A stretch of 64,000 bases of DNA, from contig CAZRPT010000073.1 of assembly GCA_964601985.1 (NCBI GenBank), forward strand, positions 390 through 64,389. Direction: 5' to 3'. This document shows, piece after piece, positions 56,974 to 64,000 of this stretch. Every line of letters begins with the position of its first letter. The first letter of the stretch is position 1. Position numbers and translations under genes: made by a program. The notes under the pieces were generated by a model. The model was given only the letters and a program-made list of their open reading frames with translations. It did not search any database and was not told where the DNA came from. This stretch comes from an uncultured Verrucomicrobiota bacterium (GTDB lineage: Bacteria; Verrucomicrobiota; Verrucomicrobiia; Limisphaerales; J093).

Positions 56974-58392
56974 TCAGGCGGGAACCGCCCGGGCGGCCAG
57001 GCCGGCGAGCAGCTTTTCGTGGATGCCGCCGAAGCCGCCGTTGCTGAAGACGCAGATCACCGCGCCGGGTTGGACCTCCGCCAGGAGGTGCGTCACGATG
57101 GCGTCCACGTCGCCCGGTGCCTCCGCCGCCCGCCCGGCCGCCCGCAATGCCGCCACCAGCGCCGCGAGATCGAGCCGCTGGCCGGCGGGGATTTGCCCGG
57201 CCCGGGCCACCGGCGCGAGGGCCACGCCGTCCGCCGCCGCCAGCGCGTCGGCCAGCGCGTCCTGAAACACCCGGCGCCGGGTGGTGTTGCTGCGCGGCTC
57301 GAACACCGCCCACAGGGTCCGCCCCGGATACCGCAGACGCAGCGCCTCCAGCGTGGCCTTGATGGCGGTGGGATGATGGCCGAAATCGTCAATGACCCGC
57401 ACCCCGTCGGCTTCCCCGCGCGTTTCCATCCGGCGGCGCACCCCCCGAAAGGTGGCGAACCCGGCCTGGATTTCCGCGTCGCTCAACCCGCAATGCCGCG
57501 CGCACGCCGCCACGGCGAGGGCGTTGCGGACGTTGAATTCGCCCACCAGCGGCAGGTGGAACCGGGTTTCCCCCAGGGTGAATTCGCCGCCCTCGCCGCC
57601 CAGCGCCACGTCGCGCGCCCGGAGGTCGTTGTCCGGTCCCAGGCCGAACCGCCGGATCGGCGCGAAATCCACCGTGTCCAGCGGGTCGCGCAGGAGTGGA
57701 TCGTCGCCGTTGGCCAGAATCAGGCCGTCCGGCGGCACGAGCCGGAGGAAGCGGGCAAAAGAGCGCTGGATGTCGGCCCGGCTGTTGAAGATGTCGGCGT
57801 GGTCGAATTCGAGGTTGTTCAGGATGGCCACCTCCGGGAGGTAGTGGAGGAACTTGCCGCGTTTGTCGAAGAAGGCCGTGTCGTATTCGTCGCCCTCGAT
57901 GATGAACCACTCGCCGTCGGTGAAGCGGGCGCCCCGGCCCAGATTCGCGGGCAGCCCGCCGATCAGAAAGCCCGGATTGCGGCCCGCGTGCTCGAACACC
58001 CACGCCAGCAGGGCGCTGGTGGTGGTCTTGCCGTGGGTGCCCGCCACCACCAGCGGACGCCGCTCCCGCAGGACGAACTCCTTGAGCAGCTCGGGCAGCG
58101 AGCAAAAGCGCAGCCGGCGGCGCAGCAGCTCCTCGACCTCGACGTTGCCCCGCGACAGGGCGTTGCCCACCACCACCAGGTCCGGCGCGGCGGCGAGGTG
58201 GGCGGCGGCGTAGGGGGCGCGGATCTCGATTCCGTGCTCGCGCAGGAAGTCCGACATCGGCGGGTAGGCGTCCTGGTCGGAGCCGGTCACGCGGAAACCG
58301 CGTTCCTGGAGGGCCACGGCCACCGACGCCATGGCCGTGCCGCAAATGCCGATGAAATGGATCGTTCGAATGTCGCCGCGCATTCCGTCCAT
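56974..58392 (-). CDS. mpl: UDP-N-acetylmuramate:L-alanyl-gamma-D-glutamyl-meso-diaminopimelate ligase (murein peptide ligase)
   Basis: MDGMRGDIRTIHFIGICGTAMASVAVALQERGFRVTGSDQDAYPPMSDFL...VAGTHGKTTTSALLAWV...IIEGDEYDTAFFDKRGKFLHY.... ATG 58392 (alternative at 58383). The track start at 58701 adds junk. Confidence 0.9.
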   Translation of the reverse strand: MDGMRGDIRTIHFIGICGTAMASVAVALQERGFRVTGSDQDAYPPMSDFLREHGIEIRAPYAAAHLAAAPDLVVVGNALSRGNVEVEELLRRRLRFCSLPELLKEFVLRERRPLVVAGTHGKTTTSALLAWVFEHAGRNPGFLIGGLPANLGRGARFTDGEWFIIEGDEYDTAFFDKRGKFLHYLPEVAILNNLEFDHADIFNSRADIQRSFARFLRLVPPDGLILANGDDPLLRDPLDTVDFAPIRRFGLGPDNDLRARDVALGGEGGEFTLGETRFHLPLVGEFNVRNALAVAACARHCGLSDAEIQAGFATFRGVRRRMETRGEADGVRVIDDFGHHPTAIKATLEALRLRYPGRTLWAVFEPRSNTTRRRVFQDALADALAAADGVALAPVARAGQIPAGQRLDLAALVAALRAAGRAAEAPGDVDAIVTHLLAEVQPGAVICVFSNGGFGGIHEKLLAGLAARAVPA

Positions 58393-58517
58393 GATGCCGG
58401 CTCGCCGGAAAGGGAAAAGCCGGAAGTGCGCCGGCAGGAAAACGAACCACGAAGGGAAACGAAGGAGCGGAAAGTCCGAAGCCCCCCCCAACGCCCGCGG
58501 CCTCGCGGGATTCGGCC

Positions 58518-58814
58518 TCACTCGATGACGCCGCACCACTCGATCTCCGCGGCGAAAAAATCCACCGTCCCCAGCCGGAGATGAAGCGGGCGATGCCGGT
58601 CCATCGTGAGCGGATGCCGGACCAACTGAAGCCGGCCCTCGAATTCCTCGTCCATGTGCCGCAGGCGAAGCCGCACCCGCCGCCCCACCGGCACGCCCCA
58701 TTCCCGCCGGACGGCCTCCAAACAGGCTTCCCGCTCCCGCCGCCAGTTTGCCAGGCCGTCGGAGTTTCCGGACTCGAAATCAAACACGCCCTGAATGGGT
58801 TCGCCCGTTTCCAT
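58518..58814 (-). CDS. Small hypothetical protein (98 aa), no recognised family
   Basis: METGEPIQGVFDFESGNSDGLANWRREREACLEAVRREWGVPVGRRVRLRLRHMDEEFEGRLQLVRHPLTMDRHRPLHLRLGTVDFFAAEIEWCGVIE. This is the last 98 codons of track ORF 58518..59696. G/C-ending codons and non-repetitive composition look like coding sequence. Confidence 0.5.
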   Translation of the reverse strand: METGEPIQGVFDFESGNSDGLANWRREREACLEAVRREWGVPVGRRVRLRLRHMDEEFEGRLQLVRHPLTMDRHRPLHLRLGTVDFFAAEIEWCGVIE

Positions 58815-58964
58815 GGGAAAACCTTCCCCCCGGGCCGCCCGCTCCGCAAGCCGCGGGATGCCCCCCGGCGGACGGCGCCGCCGCGGGGTGGTGACGAGGC
58901 CGCCCGGCGGCGAAACGCGGGTTCCGGCTTGCGCCGGGGAAGCGGGGTTTCTACTTTCGGGGTC

Positions 58965-59603
58965 ATGAAAGCGATGTGGAGCGGATGGCGGTCCGGCGTC
59001 AAGGGGTGGTTGATCCTCGGCGGGTGCGCCGCCGTGGTGGCGACCGCGCAGTCGCCGGCGCCCGCCGCCGACCGGTCCCTGACCCGGGCGGAGGCGCAGG
59101 CGTTGCAGCAGGAGTTTCAACAACGCTACCAGCGGCTCGAAGGCATGGTGCAGGATTTGGTGGAGGGGCAGGCGGCCTTGAGCCAGCGGCTGGACACACT
59201 GGCCGCCTCGCTCGCCGAGCTGGAGCGCCGGGTCGCCGAGCCCGCGCCGGAAGTGGTCACCCAGGAGCAGTTGAAGCAGGCGGTCGAGGCCCTGCGCCGT
59301 GCCGTGGAGAAACAGCAGGCGGAGCAGAACGACAAGATCATGGCGGAATTGAAACGCCTGCAGCAGCTGCTCGCGAAGAGCGCCGCCCGGCCTCCCCGCC
59401 ACGCCACCGGGCCCAGGGTGCCCACGGAGGGGTACGACTACACCATCCAGTCCGGCGACACGCTCAGCGCCATCGTGGACGCCTACCGCAAGGCCGGCGT
59501 GAAAGGATTGACGGTGGATCTCGTGCTCCGGGCCAACAAGGGACTCAAGCCGGAGCGCCTGATTCCGGGCCAGAAAATCTTCATCCCCGACCCCGGCAAG
59601 TAA
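58965..59603 (+). CDS. Secreted coiled-coil protein with a C-terminal LysM domain
   Basis: MKAMWSGWRSGVKGWLILGGCAAVVATAQS (signal peptide). Gln/Glu/Leu-rich coiled coil. YTIQSGDTLSAIVDAYRKAGVKGLTVDLVLRANKGLKPERLIPGQKIFIP (LysM). The ATG at 58965 is in frame within track ORF 58581..59603. Confidence 0.8.
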   Translation: MKAMWSGWRSGVKGWLILGGCAAVVATAQSPAPAADRSLTRAEAQALQQEFQQRYQRLEGMVQDLVEGQAALSQRLDTLAASLAELERRVAEPAPEVVTQEQLKQAVEALRRAVEKQQAEQNDKIMAELKRLQQLLAKSAARPPRHATGPRVPTEGYDYTIQSGDTLSAIVDAYRKAGVKGLTVDLVLRANKGLKPERLIPGQKIFIPDPGK

Positions 59604-59661
59604 GCCGCCGGGCGCGCGCCGTTCCACCGCGATTTCGGATCCGCCTTTTCGCCCGCCGCGC

Positions 59662-60516
59662 ATGGCTTCCGCCGATCCCAGTCTGCTGCTGATCATTCCC
59701 GCCTACAACGAGGCCGACCGCATCGGCCCGGTGCTGCGGGATTACGCGGAGGTGTTGCGGGCCCGGTTTCCGGGCCGCTTCCGCATCCTGGTGGTCCTGA
59801 ACGGCTGCACCGACAACACCCTCGAGGTGGTGCGCGCGGTGGCGGCGGATCATCCCGAGATCACGTGCATTGATTTTCCCGGTCGCATCGGCAAGGGCGG
59901 CGCCTTGATCGAAGGGCTCAAGCGCGGGGAGGACATGGAATGGATCGGCTACGTGGACGCCGACGGCGCGACCTCGCCGGAGGCCTTCCTCGAGCTGCTC
60001 CGGCATCTCGACGAGGCGGATTGCGTGATCGGCTCGCGCTGGCTGCCCGGGTCGGTGCTGCACGTGCCGCAATCCAGCCGCCGCCGTTTCTTCAGCCGGG
60101 CCTTTCACGCGCTGGTCGAACTGCTGTTTCGCATGCACATCAAGGACACCCAGTGCGGGGCCAAGGTGATGCGCCGGAAGGCGGTGGAAAAAATCCATCC
60201 GGCGCTGACCATCGCCGACATGGCGTTCGACATCAACCTGCTCTACTCCCTCAAGCGCGCCGGCTATCGCGTGCTCGAAGTGCCCACCGAATGGACCGAC
60301 AAGCTGGGCTCGAAGGTCAACCTCAGCAAGGCCTCGCTGGCGTGGTTTCTCTCGGTGGTGCGGTTGCGGCTGGTGTACTCCCCCTTCTACCGCTGGCTGG
60401 GGCCGCTGCGGCCGCTGGAGGTCTGGCTCTACCGGAAACTGGGCGCGCCGCCGCCGCTCTCCGCCGACCGCTCCCGCCAGGTGTCGGAACCAGGAGCGGA
60501 AAAGACGGCGCCGTGA
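59662..60516 (+). CDS. Family 2 glycosyltransferase (polyprenol-phosphate glycosyltransferase-like)
   Basis: LLLIIPAYNEADRIGPVL...VVLNGCTDNT...YVDADGATSPEAF...DTQCGAKVMRRKAVE... Confidence 0.88.
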   Translation: MASADPSLLLIIPAYNEADRIGPVLRDYAEVLRARFPGRFRILVVLNGCTDNTLEVVRAVAADHPEITCIDFPGRIGKGGALIEGLKRGEDMEWIGYVDADGATSPEAFLELLRHLDEADCVIGSRWLPGSVLHVPQSSRRRFFSRAFHALVELLFRMHIKDTQCGAKVMRRKAVEKIHPALTIADMAFDINLLYSLKRAGYRVLEVPTEWTDKLGSKVNLSKASLAWFLSVVRLRLVYSPFYRWLGPLRPLEVWLYRKLGAPPPLSADRSRQVSEPGAEKTAP

Positions 60517-60537
60517 CCGCCCCCCTCAGAGCCGCCC

Positions 60538-60589
60538 GGAAAACGCCGGGTTGGGGAACCCGGCCCGCAATCCGGGGATGTTTTGCGCC
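60538..60589 (-). repeat. Dispersed hairpin repeat family R1, copy B (inverted relative to copy A)
   Basis: ggaaaacgccgggttggggaacccggcccgcaatccggggatgttttgcgcc. Perfect hairpin CCGGGTT-gggg-AACCCGG. Confidence 0.7.
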
Positions 60590-60646
60590 TTTTCGGCAGA
60601 CCGCGCGCGCCCCCGCGGCGGAACGCCCCCCTTTCCCGACCGGCTC

Positions 60647-61996
60647 TCAGCCGCCCAGGGAGGCGGGGTCGGCGGGATCGCCCTTGTTGAACTCGACGTA
60701 GGCCTCGGTGAGGTCGGCGGCATAGACCACCGCCTCGCCCCGCCCGAGGTTCAGATCAATGAGCAGCTCGAACTCGGCCCCCGCCACGGCGGCGCACAAG
60801 CGGGCGTAGGAGGTGCGCGTCGGACGTCCGCCTTTCAGTGAGTAAACCGGCCGGGCGCCGGGCCGGGCGCGATAGCCGATGTCCACCTTCTCCTCCACCA
60901 CGGTGGCGGGGCTGTAACCGAGCGCGTCCACGATCCGGCCCCAGTTGGGGTCGCCGCCGTGCCAACTGGTCTTGACGAGGGCGCTGTTGGCCACCGCGCG
61001 CGCGGCGGCGTCCGCCTCGGCGGCGTTGCGGGCGCCGCTCACCCGCACGGTCACCAGCCGGGTCGTGCCCTCGCCGTCCCGCACCATTTGCTTCGCCAGT
61101 TCGAGGCAGACGTGATGCAACGCCGCCGCCAGGGTGGCGCGATCGCGCCGTTGGGCGGCCGTCCGGGCGCGCCGGCGCAGGACGGGGTTTTCCGCCAGGC
61201 CGTTGGCCAGCAGCAGGACGGTGTCGTTGGTGCTCATGTCGCCGTCCACGGTGATGCGGTTGAAGCTGGCGGCCACGGCGTCGGCGAGAAGGTCCTGGAG
61301 CAGCTCCGGCTCAAGGGCGGCGTCGCAGGTGAGAAACGCCAGCATGGTGGCGTGCAGGCCCTCCCGACCGGCGGGCGGGCGGGCGCCGGTGACGCTCATG
61401 CCGGGATGAATCATCCCCGCGCCCTTGGCCATGCCGCCCAGGCGGACGGCGCGTCCGCCCAGGGTGAACTCGACCGCGAGCTGTTTCGTGACGGTGTCGG
61501 TGGTGAGGATGGCCTCGGCGGCGGCGTTCGCGGCGGCGGGGGTGTTCGCCAGCCCGCGCGCGGCGGCCCGGATGCCCCGGCGCACCCGGGGCATGGGCAG
61601 CGGCACGCCGATCCGGCCGGTCGAGGCCACCAGCGTCAGCTCGGGCGACACGCCGCAGGCGCGGGCGGCGGCGAGGGCCATGGCGCGCGTGTCGCGTTCT
61701 CCGCGGGGACCGGTGCAGGCGTTGGCGTTGCCGGAATTGATCACCACGGCCTGCGCCCGGCCGGCGCGGACCCGGTCGCGGTCCCATTTCACCGGCGCGG
61801 CGCAAATCTGGTTGGTGGTGAACAGGCCGGCCACCGCCGCCGGGATGTCGGAGACCAGCAGGGCGAGGTCGGGCTGGGCGCCCTTGTCGGATCCCTTGCC
61901 GGTGCCCAGCCGTTTGATGTCGCAAAAGACGCCGGCGGCCCGGAAGCCCCGCGGGGCCACCACCGCGCCGGAAACGGGTTTCAGTGCGTCGTTCAT
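60647..61996 (-). CDS. argJ: Bifunctional glutamate N-acetyltransferase / amino-acid acetyltransferase
   Basis: MNDALKPVSGAVVAPRGFRAAGVFCDIKRLG...GMAKGAGMIHPGM...HATMLAFLTCDA..., from the internal ATG 61996. Confidence 0.93.
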   Translation of the reverse strand: MNDALKPVSGAVVAPRGFRAAGVFCDIKRLGTGKGSDKGAQPDLALLVSDIPAAVAGLFTTNQICAAPVKWDRDRVRAGRAQAVVINSGNANACTGPRGERDTRAMALAAARACGVSPELTLVASTGRIGVPLPMPRVRRGIRAAARGLANTPAAANAAAEAILTTDTVTKQLAVEFTLGGRAVRLGGMAKGAGMIHPGMSVTGARPPAGREGLHATMLAFLTCDAALEPELLQDLLADAVAASFNRITVDGDMSTNDTVLLLANGLAENPVLRRRARTAAQRRDRATLAAALHHVCLELAKQMVRDGEGTTRLVTVRVSGARNAAEADAAARAVANSALVKTSWHGGDPNWGRIVDALGYSPATVVEEKVDIGYRARPGARPVYSLKGGRPTRTSYARLCAAVAGAEFELLIDLNLGRGEAVVYAADLTEAYVEFNKGDPADPASLGG

Positions 61997-62016
61997 GGAA
62001 GAAAAGAAAGACGTTT

Positions 62017-62059
62017 CAAATCCGAAATCCGAGACTCGAAATCCGGGGAGGCCCCCCGG
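62017..62059 (-). terminator. sppA terminator candidate: GC hairpin followed by the 'CGGATTT' tandem repeat
   Basis: Minus strand, 8 nt after the sppA stop: CCGGGGggcctCCCCGG, then ATTTCGAGTCTCGGATTTCGGATTTG. This also forms the 5' region of argJ. Confidence 0.45.
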
Positions 62060-62066
62060 CATTCAC

Positions 62067-63203
62067 TCACAGTCCGGGCGCGTAGAGGAAGTAGGCGCGG
62101 CCCGGTTCGAGCGGCGGAGCTTGAACGCCGAGGTCCAGGTGGATCTTGGGGGCGCGGGCTTCGCTCAAAAGCGAAAGCAGCCCGCCCCACCGGAACGGCG
62201 CCTGGTAGCGCACGAGGTTTGCCTGTCCCACGCCGGCCAGGTCGCGCGCCCGGCTCACGGCGGCCCGGAAGTCGCCCAGCTCGTCCACGAATCCCAGCTC
62301 GTAGGCCTCGGTGCCGAGCAGCACCCGTCCGTCGGCGTACTTCTGCCAGTCGCCGGCCAGCGCCCGGCCCCGGCCCTGATTGCGCTTTTGCGCCTTCCGC
62401 CGGCCCCGGGCCACCACTTCCTTGAACCGGGCGAAGGTGGTCTGGATCATGTCCTGCACCATCTTCCGCTCCTCGGGCGGAATTTCCGTCTCGGCGCGCT
62501 CGCCGCTGAGCATGTCCTTGAAGCGGCCGCTCTTGAACACCATCGGCTTCACGCCCACCTTGTCCATCAGCCCCCGGTAATTGTAGCCGTGCATGATGAC
62601 GCCGATGGAGCCGGTGATGGTGAGCGGACTGGCCACCAGCCAGCGGCAGGACGCCGCCACGTAATAGCCGCCGCTGGCCGCCACCCCGCCCAGCGAGCCG
62701 ACCACCGGTTTGCCGGTGCGGGTCTGAAAGTCCTCGATCAACCGGCTGAGATTGTCCGAGGCCAGCACCTCGCCGCCGGGCGAATCAACGCGCAGGACCA
62801 CCGCCTTGATTTGATCGTCCTTTTCCGCCCGTTCGAGCTGCCAGCGGACGAACTCCACCGGATCGGATTCGCCCCCGCCCACGTAGCCGCCGTAGATGAG
62901 GCCGCGGAGATTGATCAGCAGGATTTTCTCGGGCACGCCCTGATCCTCCATCACCACCTCTTCCAACTGATCGGCGGGCGTGCGGGACGCGGCGCTCACC
63001 CCCAGGGCGCCGCCCAGGAAGTGCTCGAGACTGCCCAGATTGTTCAACACCAGCAGCACCAGCAGAATCAACGCCAGGTACTTCCAGCCGCGCCCCTTGC
63101 GGATGACGGGAGGCGGCGGAGGGGGGTAGAGAACGGGGGGCGGCGGCGGCGAAGGCGGCGCGGCGCCGGGGCTGTTGGCTTCATTCGCACCTGGCGTTTC
63201 CAT
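62067..63203 (-). CDS. sppA: Signal peptide peptidase SppA (36K type)
   Basis: ...VVLRVDSPGGEVLASD...GGVAASGGYYVAASCRWLVASPLTITGSIGVIM...FKSGRFKDMLS.... Pro-rich N-terminus plus TM. Confidence 0.9.
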   Translation of the reverse strand: METPGANEANSPGAAPPSPPPPPVLYPPPPPPVIRKGRGWKYLALILLVLLVLNNLGSLEHFLGGALGVSAASRTPADQLEEVVMEDQGVPEKILLINLRGLIYGGYVGGGESDPVEFVRWQLERAEKDDQIKAVVLRVDSPGGEVLASDNLSRLIEDFQTRTGKPVVGSLGGVAASGGYYVAASCRWLVASPLTITGSIGVIMHGYNYRGLMDKVGVKPMVFKSGRFKDMLSGERAETEIPPEERKMVQDMIQTTFARFKEVVARGRRKAQKRNQGRGRALAGDWQKYADGRVLLGTEAYELGFVDELGDFRAAVSRARDLAGVGQANLVRYQAPFRWGGLLSLLSEARAPKIHLDLGVQAPPLEPGRAYFLYAPGL

Positions 63204-63458
63204 GGGAGCGCAGGCTAGCCTCTCCGCCCGCCCCCGGCAAGCGGCCAGAATCGCGCCGCCCGCCGCGCCGCGTCGTTCGGGGTTCCGCCTTGCGAAAAAA
63301 CGCGAACGACGATGACGGGGGCCGGCGAAAAAGAAGGCGGAATTTCGCGCCCGGCCGCCATCCCCCCGCCCGGCCGGAAGGAACGCGCGGAACGGCTCCC
63401 GCCGCGCCGCGCGCCCCCGCCCGGAGGCGTTTTTTCTCCGCGGAAGAGGCGGGGGAAA

Positions 63459-64000
63459 CTACTTCGCCAGCCGGCGGACGAACTGCTCCATCCGGTCGAG
63501 CCCCTTCTCGATGTTGGCCATGCTGGTGGCGTAGCTGAGGCGGATGCCGTAATCGGCGCCGAACGCCACGCCCGGCACGGCGGCCACCTTTTCCTCGTCC
63601 AGCAGGCGGGCGCAGAAATCGGTCGAGGAAAGGCCCAGCTTGCTGATGTTTGGGAAGAGGTAGAAGGCGCCTTGCGGCCGGACGCAGGTGATGCCCGGCA
63701 TGGCGGTCAGCCGTTGCAGGGCGTAGGTGCGGCGCTTGTCAAACTCGACCAGCCACTTGGCGAGGTGATCCTGCGGACCGCGCAACGCCTCCACGCCGCC
63801 CTTCTGGGCGAAGGAGGTCGGGTTGCTGGTGCTGTGGCTCTGGATGGCGCCGATGGCCTTGGCGATGGGCTCCGGCGCGGCCAGGAAACCGAGCCGCCAG
63901 CCGGTCATCGAGTAGGCCTTGGCCAGGCCGTGCACGATGATGGTGTGCGCCTTGTGCGCCTCCGAGAAGCCGGCCACGCTCACGTGTTGCGCGCCGTCGT
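63459..64000 (-). CDS. Class I/II (aspartate-type) aminotransferase, C-terminal part only; 5' end beyond the window
   Basis: ...HGLAKAYSMTGWRLGFLAAP...SNPTSFAQKGGVEAL...AFYLFPNI...PGVAFG.... The frame stays open upstream of the track start (..DGAQHVSVAGF) to nt 63998. Confidence 0.88.
   Translation of the reverse strand, partial: DGAQHVSVAGFSEAHKAHTIIVHGLAKAYSMTGWRLGFLAAPEPIAKAIGAIQSHSTSNPTSFAQKGGVEALRGPQDHLAKWLVEFDKRRTYALQRLTAMPGITCVRPQGAFYLFPNISKLGLSSTDFCARLLDEEKVAAVPGVAFGADYGIRLSYATSMANIEKGLDRMEQFVRRLAK

Noticed and set aside
58815-59696. The N-terminal 294 codons of track ORF 58518..59696 (-).
   Set aside because: This part is antisense to the LysM protein gene and has nonsense composition. 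Only the last 98 codons (58518..58814), which lie outside the LysM gene, are kept as a candidate CDS.

Overview
Visibly GC-rich bacterial chromosomal segment. The giant LamG/CBM secreted protein, the REP-like repeats and the operon layout suggest a PVC-group (Verrucomicrobiota-like) organism, but this is inference only. The core (about 16.4-48.1 kb, all on the minus strand) is one uninterrupted translation/transcription supercluster: tRNA-Thr, tuf, tRNA-Trp, tRNA-Ser, secE, nusG, rplKAJL, rpoBC, rpsLG, fusA, then the S10, spc and alpha operons, ending with rplQ. The left flank holds four things. First, a >1517-aa secreted CBM/LamG/beta-propeller protein that the ORF track misses because its frame has no stop inside the window. 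Second, a stand-alone GlcF-type Fe-S protein. Third, an ECF sigma / putative anti-sigma / membrane-protein module. Fourth, a divergent TetR + RND efflux operon (OMF-MFP-RND). The right flank is housekeeping: LON-N-domain protein, DUF1844, rnhB, yraN, argG, two hsp20 genes, folK, archaeal-type apgM, a sugar-phosphate nucleotidyltransferase, mpl, a small orphan, a LysM protein, a GT2 glycosyltransferase, argJ, sppA and a truncated class-I aminotransferase. I saw no CRISPR array, transposase, integrase, phage gene or recognisable defence gene, and I did not find a convincing novel multi-gene system. The best leads are:
- the hidden giant lectin-like gene;
- the ECF/anti-sigma/membrane/Fe-S cluster next to it;
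- a strongly divergent infA-like gene at the canonical infA slot;
- long low-complexity extensions on S11, S5, L17 and L3;
- several families of short dispersed hairpin and T-rich repeats confined to tail-to-tail spacers;
- a few unusually long structured spacers (argG/hsp20, folK/apgM, RND/rplQ, rpsD/rpoA).
Most very long ORFs in the track (for example 1433 aa and 1267 aa antisense to rpoC and rpoB) are stop-free antisense frames typical of high-GC coding DNA and are rejected. All coordinates and alignments were derived by hand.
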